DNA from: Oculatellaceae cyanobacterium bins.114
GTDB taxonomy: Bacteria; Cyanobacteriota; Cyanobacteriia; Elainellales; Elainellaceae
DNA: 51,185 nucleotides
Assembly (NCBI GenBank): GCA_033764315.1
Contig: JANRJA010000179.1
Coordinates: 1 to 51,185, forward strand
Reading direction: 5' to 3'
Shown here one piece after another: positions 37,846-48,382 of the stretch; position 1 is the stretch's first letter, and each line of letters begins with the position of its first letter. The position numbers and the translations under genes were made by a program. The notes under the pieces were generated by a model. The model worked only from the letters and a program-made list of their open reading frames with translations, was not told the origin of the DNA and ran no database searches.

Positions 37846-38809
37846 TTTGTCTCATCTGTTGCACCAAGTCCACATACTGTTGGGCTGATTTTTCTAGAGT
37901 CAAATTCTCTAAAACATAGTCTCTGGGAACAAACCCAGATTGTCGATCTAAGAAGGCATCTAACTGCTCCGCGAACTCTTCTACAGTGGCAAATTTAAGA
38001 CCGCAGCGATCGTCCCAATATGGCACCGAACTGACCCCCGCAAACTGAACCCGTTCTGGAAAATACATGGGGTCTTGCCAAAAGCCTCCCCGATCCCAGA
38101 CAAGAATGGGTACGTTACAGGATAAAGCTTGTTGGTAGGCGATTCCCTGCGTCTCATGTTCACACAGGAAGATCATGGCTCGGCTTTTTTGCAGCAGTGT
38201 ATGGAATTCTGCTTCTTCATAGGCTCCATAGCGGAGAGTCACCACCTTTAAGCCCAATTGTTGTAGACGAAAATGAATGGGGGTGATCAATTCAGATTCA
38301 TATTTGTCACGACACCAGCGCACCTTGTCGTATACCAAAATATCAATTTCTTTTTCAGGATTAGGAGTCCAGAGATCTGTATCAATCCCAACGGGCCAAG
38401 CTTTAATGCGATCGCCCCAATACGGTTGCCACAACTGTCGTACCCATTCTCCAGGCACCACTATCTGCTTTACAGGCAAACGCTGCATCAACTGGGGGTC
38501 ATCGGTAGGGTGGGAAAAAATGGCTGGGCCTAACAATATCGGATGAGTCCAGGAGCGTTGTAGCAGGTGATCTTTACCCAGCACACAGGCGATCTCCTGG
38601 GGATCGTGTTGCAAAGAGCGGTAGTCATTCACTCGATAGGGAATCTTGAGACGGTCTAACCCAGCGCAGAGATTGAGAAACACACGCTGATGTCCGCTAA
38701 TTCGAGCTGGCCCCCGGATCAAGCGACGAATCCAACGACGAGGATAGCGATCGCCCAGCAACCAGCGATCAGGATCGGGTTCAGCGTAAAAAAGGTGAAG
38801 GGGGTTCAT
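37835..38809 (-). CDS. Putative glycosyltransferase (GT-B)
   Basis: WPVGIDT, HETQGIAYQQALSCNVP (degenerate EX7E). Confidence 0.75.
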   Translation of the reverse strand: MNPLHLFYAEPDPDRWLLGDRYPRRWIRRLIRGPARISGHQRVFLNLCAGLDRLKIPYRVNDYRSLQHDPQEIACVLGKDHLLQRSWTHPILLGPAIFSHPTDDPQLMQRLPVKQIVVPGEWVRQLWQPYWGDRIKAWPVGIDTDLWTPNPEKEIDILVYDKVRWCRDKYESELITPIHFRLQQLGLKVVTLRYGAYEEAEFHTLLQKSRAMIFLCEHETQGIAYQQALSCNVPILVWDRGGFWQDPMYFPERVQFAGVSSVPYWDDRCGLKFATVEEFAEQLDAFLDRQSGFVPRDYVLENLTLEKSAQQYVDLVQQMRQSDG

Positions 38810-38829
38810 GGTGCCATCCTAATCGTGAA

Positions 38830-39801
38830 TTACGTTGGAAAGTGCAGCAGGGTGGACGACGTAACTGCCTGAAAGGGACGGAGTAAGGTTCGACGATAAC
38901 GGAGAATCTGTTCTGTCATCGTAAACCCCAGAAATCGGTAGAACTTGCCCAAAAGCCCAGACTCTGGAGGTTGAAACTCAGGAGCCAGACAGTAAATCCA
39001 ATCCACAACAGCCTGCGCTTCGGCCGGATGGGTATACGCAATCCAGTGGGCTAAAGACCAGAGGACGTTACAGGCCGCTCTAGCTCGTCGTGGGGTCAAG
39101 TCTCCCCGATCTGACAATTCTCCTAAAATCTTTTGATATAGAGTCAAATGTTGCCAGTTAGCAACCACCGATTGTAGCCCGCGATAATTTGCCTGCATTT
39201 GCTGCTCATGCCTCACCCAATATCCGGCACAACCTGGAACATGAGTAAGTTGAGGATTTAACAAACCGATTTCCAGGAGAAACAGGCGATCGTCACGATA
39301 TGCAAAATCGGGGCGATGGGGCACCTGCTCTACCAACTCGCGCCGAAACAACATTCCCAAAAAGTGGCTACCATCCCCCTCACCCAATTGCACAGCCAAA
39401 AAGTCATCCCATAGGGGCAACTCCGGATGCTCAATGATGTGCCCCGTTGCTTTCTCCAAAGCATTGACCTGAGAATAGACTAGATCAGCATTTGTGGCGA
39501 TCGCAGCATTAAACTGACGGTCAATCGTTCCAGGACATAACAGATCATCAGAATCCAGAATCCGAATATAGCGTCCTTGAGCCAACTGCATTGCTCGGTT
39601 TACTCCCCAAGGCTTACCCTGGTGAGATTGATACAACGAGACCACATCTGGTCGGGTTTGCAGCCATTCCCAGGTGCCATCGGTGCTGCCATCATCCACC
39701 ACAATAATTTCTGTTTGGCACTGCGTTGGACGACAAGACGCGATCGCCTCTGGTAAACACCAGAGTCTGTTATAGGTTGGAATGATGACAGAAACATCCA
39801 T
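38830..39801 (-). CDS. Glycosyltransferase family 2
   Basis: VSVIIPTYN, VDDGSTD, LDSDD. Confidence 0.94.
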   Translation of the reverse strand: MDVSVIIPTYNRLWCLPEAIASCRPTQCQTEIIVVDDGSTDGTWEWLQTRPDVVSLYQSHQGKPWGVNRAMQLAQGRYIRILDSDDLLCPGTIDRQFNAAIATNADLVYSQVNALEKATGHIIEHPELPLWDDFLAVQLGEGDGSHFLGMLFRRELVEQVPHRPDFAYRDDRLFLLEIGLLNPQLTHVPGCAGYWVRHEQQMQANYRGLQSVVANWQHLTLYQKILGELSDRGDLTPRRARAACNVLWSLAHWIAYTHPAEAQAVVDWIYCLAPEFQPPESGLLGKFYRFLGFTMTEQILRYRRTLLRPFQAVTSSTLLHFPT

Positions 39802-39932
39802 AAGCTTGGCAGAATTGTAAGAGTGATATAGGTTTGCCTGGTTAGTAAGAACAGTAAGTATAGAGACGATATTCCAGAGGTCTAGCCTTTTACTCTGTCT
39901 TCATTTCTAGTTTTCATAACCAATGTTTGCGA

Positions 39933-40901
39933 TCATGTTTTTGATGACGCATAACAACTCATTTTTGGCTGTATGAGTGTGTTAATCTTTGCTTGACAAC
40001 GTTGCCATATAAACTGCAATTGAACTTGCCAACAACTCCAAGCCGTACGTTTCAAATAGTGAAAAAATAAATATTTTTCTGGGTGTTGAAATCCGGGAGT
40101 CCAGGGTTTACCACTTTCCACAAAATGAATGATATAGGGTTGGGTCAGCAGTTGTTCATAGACAAATTGATTGTAAGGACTGTCTTGCCAGGAAGCATAA
40201 CGATGTAAGGTGCTGGCTCGGTTCCATTGCGGGTTAAGATCTCCCCAGTGACCCGCAAACATAGCATTCAATCCATCTTGATCATGCCAGCGAACATAGT
40301 GAGGATTGTCTCGAATATAGGCGATCGTGCGTTGGGCAATCTTGGTTCGTCGCCACTGTTCTAAATTGATCACCAAAACACCCGCATTAAAGTATCCCGT
40401 ATCAGATGGAATTCCTAGTTCCTGATAATTTAAGAGTCCATGCTTAGAGGAAACGATTTGAGTATTGATGTCTCGAACGGCTAGAGCAAAATAATCTCCC
40501 ACAGGCTGATTCCACAAATCAGCCAGATTCCCCTGAACAATCAAATCACTGTCCAGGTAAATTACTTTTGTGATCGAGTGGGGTAAAAGTTCAGGAATTA
40601 ACAAGCGATAATAAGTGGCACTCGTGAGATGACCACTCACATGCAGAGACTGGACTTGAGAACCAGGTGTCAACCAGGTCAATTCAGCTTGAGAACCACA
40701 GGTTTGCTCAAGCCGTCGTCGATTAACAGGTGAAATTCCCCCATCAATCACAAAAAGTTGGATCGGATAGGGGTGTTTTAGATTCGCTAGAGCTGAAGCT
40801 ACCGTTACACCCAACCCCATTGCGTAGTTATCATCAGCTGCACAAACTAAGACAATCGGATCTTGATCTGGATGGGGCCGTTTTGAGTGAACTTGCAGCA
40901 T
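39933..40901 (-). CDS. Glycosyltransferase family 8
   Basis: AADDNY, YYRLLIP, IYLDSD, FNAGV, DQDGLN, IIHF..GKPW; start uncertain (40901 or 40955). Confidence 0.93.
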   Translation of the reverse strand: MLQVHSKRPHPDQDPIVLVCAADDNYAMGLGVTVASALANLKHPYPIQLFVIDGGISPVNRRRLEQTCGSQAELTWLTPGSQVQSLHVSGHLTSATYYRLLIPELLPHSITKVIYLDSDLIVQGNLADLWNQPVGDYFALAVRDINTQIVSSKHGLLNYQELGIPSDTGYFNAGVLVINLEQWRRTKIAQRTIAYIRDNPHYVRWHDQDGLNAMFAGHWGDLNPQWNRASTLHRYASWQDSPYNQFVYEQLLTQPYIIHFVESGKPWTPGFQHPEKYLFFHYLKRTAWSCWQVQLQFIWQRCQAKINTLIQPKMSCYASSKT

Positions 40902-41085
40902 GGTATTGCGATTGATAGACAACAATGAACAGGAAAAATGGATTATGTAGGTCAATAACTGATTTGGTCAAAGAAGTGCGAGTGTCTCCCTCGCGGGCAT
41001 CTTGCCCGGACTACGGAATGGCTGAATTATTTCCTTAACTCTCATGTAACAGAGCCGCGATCGCTTGATGAAGCTGAGTGGCTAC

Positions 41086-42072
41086 TTAGTGGCTGGAAAT
41101 ACGGTTGTGATACGCTAGGCTTAGCCGTTTAGCTACTTTCCAACCGAACAGAGACCGTAGCAATTTTGCTCGCCAACCTCCCGCAGCAGGCAGATTAGGT
41201 TTAACTCCAAGCGATTTAATATGAGACAGTGCGGCTTCCACAATCGTTAAATGGGTTGGATACGCTTGAACGGCCAGTTCCATATAGCAGCGAGCAATGG
41301 CTCTTCGGGCCTGAAGCGATCGCGTGTGCTGAAACAAGTGACAAGCTTTGAGATCGATCGCCCGCAATGCAGAACTCTGATGAGTCAATGAGTTAGATCC
41401 GCTGAGACTTTGAGCATTTCGATACTTACGATAGTAGGTACACCCTATGGGACTGTAGCAAAGACCTGTACTATTTAAGACAATTCGCGCAAAATATTCG
41501 CCATCATCATCTAAAGACAGGGATGCATCCCAAAAACCAACGGCTTCTGAGACAGAGCGAGGAATCAACCATGCGGCAGGATGAACCATTGCTCCTTGAC
41601 CATCACCCCCTAACAATTGCACCAACCACTCAACAGGATGTTTACTATCAGCAAAAAACCGTCCGCCCGTTTCTCGCTTACCCTGTTGCGGGTCTTCACC
41701 ATCCCAAAAATGGACGGTACTACAGAGAGATACAGTTTTAGCAGGGTGTTGTTGCAACAATTGTAGTTGTGCCTCAATCTTGTCAGGACTCAACAGATCA
41801 TCTGCATCGAGATATTGAATCCACTCTCCCTGAGCTATCTCAAGGGCACGATTGCGGGCACTACTGGCTCCTTGATTAGCTTGCTGAATCACCTGAACTT
41901 TTGTAGACACAAAGCTATGGACAATCTCCAGGCTGCGATCGCAAGAGCCATCATCCACTACAATCACTTCCAGGTTTTGCCAGGTCTGATTTAGTGCAGA
42001 CTTCAGGGTAGTAACCAGCCATCGCTCAGCGTTATAGCAGGGGATCAGAATCGATACTAATGGTGTTGTCAT
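41086..42072 (-). CDS. Glycosyltransferase family 2
   Basis: VSILIPCYN, VDDGS, YLDADD, DDGEY. Confidence 0.93.
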   Translation of the reverse strand: MTTPLVSILIPCYNAERWLVTTLKSALNQTWQNLEVIVVDDGSCDRSLEIVHSFVSTKVQVIQQANQGASSARNRALEIAQGEWIQYLDADDLLSPDKIEAQLQLLQQHPAKTVSLCSTVHFWDGEDPQQGKRETGGRFFADSKHPVEWLVQLLGGDGQGAMVHPAAWLIPRSVSEAVGFWDASLSLDDDGEYFARIVLNSTGLCYSPIGCTYYRKYRNAQSLSGSNSLTHQSSALRAIDLKACHLFQHTRSLQARRAIARCYMELAVQAYPTHLTIVEAALSHIKSLGVKPNLPAAGGWRAKLLRSLFGWKVAKRLSLAYHNRISSH

Positions 42073-42089
42073 GTTCGGCTTCACTCCTC

Positions 42090-43043
42090 TCATTCCAAAT
42101 GCATGACATGCTGCCAGCCATAGCGAAAATACCAGGGCTTAGAGTCGGCCACGTAATGGTGAAGAACCGCTTTAGGTTGTTGAGCTTCTTGGCGCGTAGG
42201 AAGAACAATATAGTCGCTGGCAGAGGCGATTGCCCTGGGAGCGCGGGCCATGAGCATGGCAATCATGGCCTGCTCCTGGTAGTAGTTGGTGCATTCCCGC
42301 TCAATCAGGGTTTTGCACCAATATTCCAGTTCGTCCCAGTCTAGGGAATCACTCTGTAAACCACAAATACCCACATTAATCTGATTCGGAATGGGCGTTC
42401 CTGCAAGTTCACGCATTAAGGCAGCGGAATATCCATAAGCATTGTCTATATCGACCATATGGCAAGGGGATTGGGGCGATCGCAACCACTCCAGCAAGAA
42501 AGTGGGTTTGCGAAAAAACACCATATCTGAGTCCAACACGAGTTTCCAACCCGATGAGTTGATGTGAATATCCGTCAGTTTTCGCAGGTTGGGATAATTT
42601 AGGCGACGCGATCGCAACCAGGGAAATCGGGTAGATGGCAAATGCTGATCTAACTGCTGGTTGATAGTGTCATAACTGACGATGCGAACATCTGGAAAAA
42701 TGCGCGAAATGGCATTTCGATGAATGGCCTCTAACGTTCCGTCATCATAGATCACAGGACGCAAATAGACTTGTGCTTGCTGGATCATGGAATAAGCACA
42801 AAAACAGGTTTGATACCAAAAACGGGCACCACTCAAAAAGTAAATCTCAAAGGGGCGATCGCCCGGATCGAGGGTGATGGGTGGCAACTGATAGGCCGCT
42901 TGTTCCATCTGAATGCGTGCCTGCTCGTCGATTGCTCGTCGAACGGGATCTCGCTGGATGTATTTACGGAGCAGTCCTTTTGGCACGTAATAGCCCCAAT
43001 ATAGGGCACGACCGAGATGAAGCCTTTGGGTCAGGGAAGTCAT
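42090..43043 (-). CDS. Putative GT-A fold glycosyltransferase
   Basis: YDDG, LRKLTD, VLDSDM, QEQA and HHYV motifs. Confidence 0.7.
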   Translation of the reverse strand: MTSLTQRLHLGRALYWGYYVPKGLLRKYIQRDPVRRAIDEQARIQMEQAAYQLPPITLDPGDRPFEIYFLSGARFWYQTCFCAYSMIQQAQVYLRPVIYDDGTLEAIHRNAISRIFPDVRIVSYDTINQQLDQHLPSTRFPWLRSRRLNYPNLRKLTDIHINSSGWKLVLDSDMVFFRKPTFLLEWLRSPQSPCHMVDIDNAYGYSAALMRELAGTPIPNQINVGICGLQSDSLDWDELEYWCKTLIERECTNYYQEQAMIAMLMARAPRAIASASDYIVLPTRQEAQQPKAVLHHYVADSKPWYFRYGWQHVMHLE

Positions 43044-43993
43044 GCCATTCTCCTGTGCAATTTAGCCAGTCCTTCAAAGGTGCCACAAGCCCCACGCCAA
43101 CGAATGTAGGATGCTGCATCTTTCCAGGCTTGATAGGTGATAAACGCTTTGATCTGTCGGGGTAGCACCGTCCAGGGAGCAATCGCTTGCCAGATCTGAA
43201 TGCCATGCACGGCCAACACCTGCACCCAAGAACAACAGGTTGCGCGGTTGAGGCGTGCCAAATAGCCTTGTTGAAGGCGAGTTTCTGGAATCAGGTGGGT
43301 CAGTTGCAGTTGGGGAAAGTAACCCACATCCCATCCAGCATTTAGCAGCGTCAGAATGATGTCGTTGTCTTCACCAGAGGTTAACTGCTTACCCGTGCGT
43401 CCAAAGGATAGATGCGTGCGATCGCTTGAAGCCCGCTGAACATAGGATAAAAACGCTTGTCGTCGCAAACTTAAGCCAATGCCCGCAGGGGCAAACTCAG
43501 GGTAGGGTTGATGCATCACGTTGCCCAACCGTTCTGAACAGATCAAAGGGGCATCACCAAAATCGCGTAATGCCAAAATGGTTGAAAATTCTTGAATCCA
43601 GGGAGCAGGCTCTCGTTCAAATTGAGGCACCGATCGTCCGGCGATCGCTCCTAATCCACCATACTCTGCAAAGATTTGAGAGACATGAGCAAGATAGCGT
43701 GAATCTAACACATTGTCGTCATCTACATAGACTAAGAGATTGCCCTGTGACTCTTGATAGCCACGTAATCGAGCATTGGTTAAGCCCAGTTGTTTTTCGT
43801 AAACGATACGGGCTTGAGGATGCCAGGTTAGATCCAAAAGAGTTGCAAGCGACTGTTGACTGGCATTGTCAATCACAAGTAGTTCCCAATGGGTGAACGC
43901 TAATGTTTGCGATCGCAACGCATCTAAAACGGTGATCAGATAGTCAATTCGGGGATTGTGAGTGCAGATAATGACACTAATTTCAGGTGACAT
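43040..43993 (-). CDS. Glycosyltransferase family 2
   Basis: ISVIICTHNP, IDNAS, VDDDN, SGED. Confidence 0.93.
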   Translation of the reverse strand: MSPEISVIICTHNPRIDYLITVLDALRSQTLAFTHWELLVIDNASQQSLATLLDLTWHPQARIVYEKQLGLTNARLRGYQESQGNLLVYVDDDNVLDSRYLAHVSQIFAEYGGLGAIAGRSVPQFEREPAPWIQEFSTILALRDFGDAPLICSERLGNVMHQPYPEFAPAGIGLSLRRQAFLSYVQRASSDRTHLSFGRTGKQLTSGEDNDIILTLLNAGWDVGYFPQLQLTHLIPETRLQQGYLARLNRATCCSWVQVLAVHGIQIWQAIAPWTVLPRQIKAFITYQAWKDAASYIRWRGACGTFEGLAKLHRRMA

Positions 43994-44084
43994 AGAGATA
44001 ACAGAAATACAAGTTTGTTCTAGATTTCGTAGACGGGTTATGGTACTGCTAATGCATCTTTTTATTTCGATGCGTTACGCAAAC

Positions 44085-46634
44085 CTATTGCAAAAATTGA
44101 CGTAACCGTTGACGCAACACAGCCCAATTAATGGGTTTCGTAATGTAGTCCGTTGCTCCGGCAGCAAAAGCTTTTTCGACCGATTCAGTATCTTCCAATG
44201 CTGTGATCATCAGAATGGGAGGACGATTTTGAGTGATGACTGTTGTTCCAGCAATTGCTTCTAACACGCTCTCTGCATCCGCTTCCAAGGAGGGGGGTTC
44301 AAGCGATTGGAGGTGAGCACAACAAGCAAAACCGTCCATTTCAGGCATCATGGCATCCAGTAAAATCAAGTCGGGATGCAGTTCATGATACAAGGCGATC
44401 GCTTGTTGACCATTCTTGGCTTCTACAACACGATAACCTTCTTTAGAAATCGCAATTTTGAGGATAGTTCGCATTGAGCGATCATCATCCACAATTAAAA
44501 CCAACGGGGTATGAGCGGATTCTAAATCCTGTTTTGATTGAGAAAAGTTAATATCTAAATCCACAAAATTGACCTGTTCTTGATGCTTTAACAAACCTGC
44601 GATCGCGTGAGCATTTAGGGGTTTAGAAAACAAATAACCTTGCCCATAACTAAACCCTAGTTCTTTAACCCGTCGCAGTTGTTCTGGGGTTTCAATGCCT
44701 TCAGCAATCGGCTCCATACCCAAATCACGAGCAAGAATTAAAACTGTTTCAATCAGTTTCACCGTGTCATTATCCACCCCAATCCGGCTCGTTAAAGTGC
44801 GATCGATTTTTAAGATACCCACCGGAAAATGGTGGAGATAATCTAACGCCTGGTAGCTGACTCCAAAGTCATCAATGCACACTTGAATGCCACGAGTTTG
44901 TAGTTGAAAGAGAATTGCAGTTGTTGCAGCCGCATCTTCCATCACCATGCGGTCTTTAATTTCTAACACCAAAGAACGACCTGTCAATTGATAACGTTCT
45001 AGTAATTGATCGATATGGGGAATTAAATCAGGATGGAAAAACTGTTGGCTTGACAGATTAATACACACTCTGAAAACCGAGTCAGGGAAACAATCTTGCC
45101 ATTGTTGAAGTTGCCGAGTTACTTCGTCTAACAACCACCACCCTAGCAGCACAACCAATCCTGTTTCTTCTGCCGCTGCCATAAACTCAGCCGGACAAAT
45201 TAAGCCACGCATGGGGTGATGCCAGCGCACCAATGCTTCAAACGCAGTGACTTTACCCGTTGCCAGCGATACAATCGGCTGATAATACACTTCAAACTGC
45301 TGTTGATCGACCGCATGGTATAGATCGGCATGCTTTAACACAGCTCGCTGCAAAATTTTGAAATATTGTTTGCCGATGCGTTGCGGGGTGAAATAGTCAT
45401 GGATATAACGGTGTCCGGCTTTGCCAAGTCGTTCTGTCATATCTGGATCTTTTGCTAAATATCGAATAAAACCTGCCAATCCTTTACTGTCACCGTTATT
45501 AAATGCAGCACCACAATTAGCGTCAGACACGAGCGATCGCAAATAGGAGTGTTTTTCGCAAATAACGGCGACGGGTCGCCCTGACGACAACGCCGAATAA
45601 AACTTACTGGGAGCCACTAAGCCTTCCATACCGACATCTACACTGACCAGTGAGAGGTCACATGCCGTTAGAGATTGGGGTAATAGGGCTTTATCTTGAT
45701 AGGGCAAAAACTGGCAATTGGTCAGCTGCATTTCTCGAACGCGATCGACACAGGCATCTCGTTTAGGCCCAGCCCCAATAAAGACAAACCGCACCGATTC
45801 ATGGCGCAACTCCCACGCCGCATTCAAGATGGTATCCATATCGTGACACCGTCCCATATTGCCCGAATAGAGAACGGTAAAAGGTTCCACTAGATTGTGG
45901 GTGTGGGCAAACAGGTTGTCTTGCTTCATCAAAGGCTTAATCCAGTTTGGATCAGCCCAGTTGTGAATCACAGTGATCTTGTCAGCCACTTCCGGTACTT
46001 TCGCCACAATCCGATCTTTCATCGTCTGGCAGGGCACGATAATTGACTCAGCCGCATTCCACACCAAGCGATTGACCCAATCCCAAAAGCGTACCAAAGC
46101 GTGCTGTTTAGCAACCACCTTCAATTCAACAGCCACTTCTGGATAGAGGTCATACACCAAGCAAGCGTAGGGCGTTTGAAACAGGAGTTTGATGATGTAT
46201 CCTACCACTTGCAAAAACGGAGGTTCACTCGTAAACAGTAAAATGTCTCCTCGATACTCCCGTTTTAAGAGATGCAGAATGGTGTGCCAACAAAATGCCA
46301 GACTGCTCAGGGTGCGACCTGCCATTTTGCGAGACCGAGAGCGTAATAGGTGCGATCGCTGGACTCGCACCTGTCCCATCATTTCTACCTCTGGAGCATG
46401 CTCATGCTCGGTGTCAAACGCATAACTGGGTTGTCCTGTGAAGACCTGCACATCCATATTTTGGTGTGACAACTGTTGTGCTAGCTCATCGACAAATTGC
46501 CCCGTTGCTGCAAAATCAGGCGGGTAGAATTGAGTAACAATGGAGATCTGCACGTTAGATTGCAGCAGATTGTGTTCTGTTGAAGGGGTTGTCGTAAAAA
46601 ATTTGGTAAGGTAGGACTTCAAACGTTGGAGCAT
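44085..46634 (-). CDS. GT4 (WcaI-like) glycosyltransferase - EAL domain - receiver domain fusion
   Basis: QFYPPD, YSGNMG, APSKFY (GT4); YYQP, FEALVRW, INLS, DDFG, KIDR, EGIE, QGY (EAL); IVDDD, LLDAMMP, TKP (REC); single 849-aa frame. Confidence 0.9.
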   Translation of the reverse strand: MLQRLKSYLTKFFTTTPSTEHNLLQSNVQISIVTQFYPPDFAATGQFVDELAQQLSHQNMDVQVFTGQPSYAFDTEHEHAPEVEMMGQVRVQRSHLLRSRSRKMAGRTLSSLAFCWHTILHLLKREYRGDILLFTSEPPFLQVVGYIIKLLFQTPYACLVYDLYPEVAVELKVVAKQHALVRFWDWVNRLVWNAAESIIVPCQTMKDRIVAKVPEVADKITVIHNWADPNWIKPLMKQDNLFAHTHNLVEPFTVLYSGNMGRCHDMDTILNAAWELRHESVRFVFIGAGPKRDACVDRVREMQLTNCQFLPYQDKALLPQSLTACDLSLVSVDVGMEGLVAPSKFYSALSSGRPVAVICEKHSYLRSLVSDANCGAAFNNGDSKGLAGFIRYLAKDPDMTERLGKAGHRYIHDYFTPQRIGKQYFKILQRAVLKHADLYHAVDQQQFEVYYQPIVSLATGKVTAFEALVRWHHPMRGLICPAEFMAAAEETGLVVLLGWWLLDEVTRQLQQWQDCFPDSVFRVCINLSSQQFFHPDLIPHIDQLLERYQLTGRSLVLEIKDRMVMEDAAATTAILFQLQTRGIQVCIDDFGVSYQALDYLHHFPVGILKIDRTLTSRIGVDNDTVKLIETVLILARDLGMEPIAEGIETPEQLRRVKELGFSYGQGYLFSKPLNAHAIAGLLKHQEQVNFVDLDINFSQSKQDLESAHTPLVLIVDDDRSMRTILKIAISKEGYRVVEAKNGQQAIALYHELHPDLILLDAMMPEMDGFACCAHLQSLEPPSLEADAESVLEAIAGTTVITQNRPPILMITALEDTESVEKAFAAGATDYITKPINWAVLRQRLRQFLQ

Positions 46635-46665
46635 GATTAATTCGCTTCAGTGTTGATGACAGGGG

Positions 46666-47466
46666 TTACTCTGGGATGATTTCCAGTGTTGCGTTGAGGG
46701 TGTTGCGATCGCGCTTTCGTTGCGTCTGCGTTGACGTATATTGTCTGTATAATTTCTTGCTTAACAAGAATGAAAAAATCAACAATCCCAGTGTGGTGTT
46801 GATATCAAACGGGACAGGAACCACCTCTGTTGTAGAGATTGGCGTTCCGGGGGTTATGCCAGGAGTCGTACCAGGAGTCGTACCGGGTGTAAGACTGGGC
46901 GGTGAGATTAGAGTTGAAGTAGGAGGAAACAACGTCTCAGGGGTTTCAGAGGTGGTCGTTGTTTGGGGCGGGTCAGAATTGGGATAAGCTGTGGAAAACA
47001 GGGGGCTACCTGAACTGGTAGAGGAGATAGGATTACTAGGACTTATCATCTGAATCACAGTGATCGTTGACTGCCCAGAAGAGGTAGTCAGGGTAGACCC
47101 ATCTGAGTCAATCTCACCGTTAATCCCAGAGAATGTGACATTTCCTCCTGTTTCTACGGGCAGAGTCGTGGTTGTGATTGAAGATTCAGGTGTGTAGCTT
47201 CCCCCTACTTGAGACAAAGTTAAGTCTGGGCTGGCGATCGCCGAAATTTGTACTGGAGACTCATACAATTGACCTTCACCGGGTAGGACAATCGGAGGTT
47301 GAGCACTATCTTGAAAATTGAGTTGGCTTTTATCGACCAACCACAAATTACTAGCGGTCAAGTTAACAGAAACTTGCTCTTGAACGCCCAAATCAGAATA
47401 TTGTGTCAAGTCAAACCAGCTTGATCCTGGAATATAACTTTCAATGGGACCAACTGATAAATCCAT
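46666..47466 (-). CDS. PFE-CTERM-like (VPFD) sorted surface protein, Ser/Thr/Pro-rich
   Basis: C-terminal VPVPFDINTTLGLLIFSFLL followed by a basic tail; TPGT repeats; N-terminus paralogous to the next gene. Confidence 0.75.
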   Translation of the reverse strand: MDLSVGPIESYIPGSSWFDLTQYSDLGVQEQVSVNLTASNLWLVDKSQLNFQDSAQPPIVLPGEGQLYESPVQISAIASPDLTLSQVGGSYTPESSITTTTLPVETGGNVTFSGINGEIDSDGSTLTTSSGQSTITVIQMISPSNPISSTSSGSPLFSTAYPNSDPPQTTTTSETPETLFPPTSTLISPPSLTPGTTPGTTPGITPGTPISTTEVVPVPFDINTTLGLLIFSFLLSKKLYRQYTSTQTQRKRDRNTLNATLEIIPE

Positions 47467-47566
47467 AGGAGTTAAAGAAGAATGAGAAAGAACAATTAGC
47501 CCTATTTGTCGTAGCGCATCCAGCCCAAAATTAAGTTGAATGGACTACTACGATCGCTCGACTTTG

Positions 47567-48343
47567 TTAATCAACCTGCTTTGATCGAGTTTGTTTAGAC
47601 ACGATTTTCTTGCCTACTATTAAGGTGGCGATCGCCAGTCCTAAGGCTGAGTTGAGTTCAAAAGGAACAGAAACAGGCTGTGCCTCCCTTAAGTTAACAG
47701 AGGCATCTTGACCCAAATTCGCTTGAGTCAAGATAGCTCGAAAGTTATCAGGCCCAACATCTAATGCTAAAATGCCGTCGTTGAAGTCATTGTCGCTACT
47801 CCGACCCCAAATATCTTCATACCCCAAAATAATCAGAGGACGAGTAGCGGATGGATCGGCATAGGCTGTCCAAAAAACAGGACTATTGGGATTATAGACA
47901 CTGACCGGATTTAAAGATGGATCAGTACTGAGGGGTGTATTTTTGGGTTGAGATACACCGTTTGGAATCACTGAAAGATTGAGCTGTGTACCCGCTTGAA
48001 TAGTCGAGATTTGCACCCAATCTCCTAACTTCAACGGGGCATTGGCACTGGGAAGAATACTATTAGAACCGGAGAGGTTTTGAAAAACAGTAGCTCCCCC
48101 ATTGGTAGCACCTGTGGCTGTTAATTTGACAGGTGATTGATACCCGGCCCCTTCATTTAGAAAGGCAATTCGAGGTGCATAGGTATTGTTGAGAAACAGA
48201 TGGCTGCTATCAATTAACCAGAGATTGCTAGAACTCAGATTAATTGAAACCCGTTCTTGAACAGCAAGATTTTGATAACGACTGAGATCAAACCAGGTTT
48301 GACCTGGGGCATAGTTTTGAATGGAGCCAACAGTAATTGTCAT
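47567..48343 (-). CDS. DUF4114-like domain protein with PFE-CTERM sorting signal
   Basis: GYEDIWGRSSDNDFND motif; C-terminal VPFELNSALGLAIATLIVGKK. Confidence 0.8.
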   Translation of the reverse strand: MTITVGSIQNYAPGQTWFDLSRYQNLAVQERVSINLSSSNLWLIDSSHLFLNNTYAPRIAFLNEGAGYQSPVKLTATGATNGGATVFQNLSGSNSILPSANAPLKLGDWVQISTIQAGTQLNLSVIPNGVSQPKNTPLSTDPSLNPVSVYNPNSPVFWTAYADPSATRPLIILGYEDIWGRSSDNDFNDGILALDVGPDNFRAILTQANLGQDASVNLREAQPVSVPFELNSALGLAIATLIVGKKIVSKQTRSKQVD

Positions 48344-48382
48344 CGCAGTTATAGAAAAAAGAGGGACTATACAACCAAGTTT

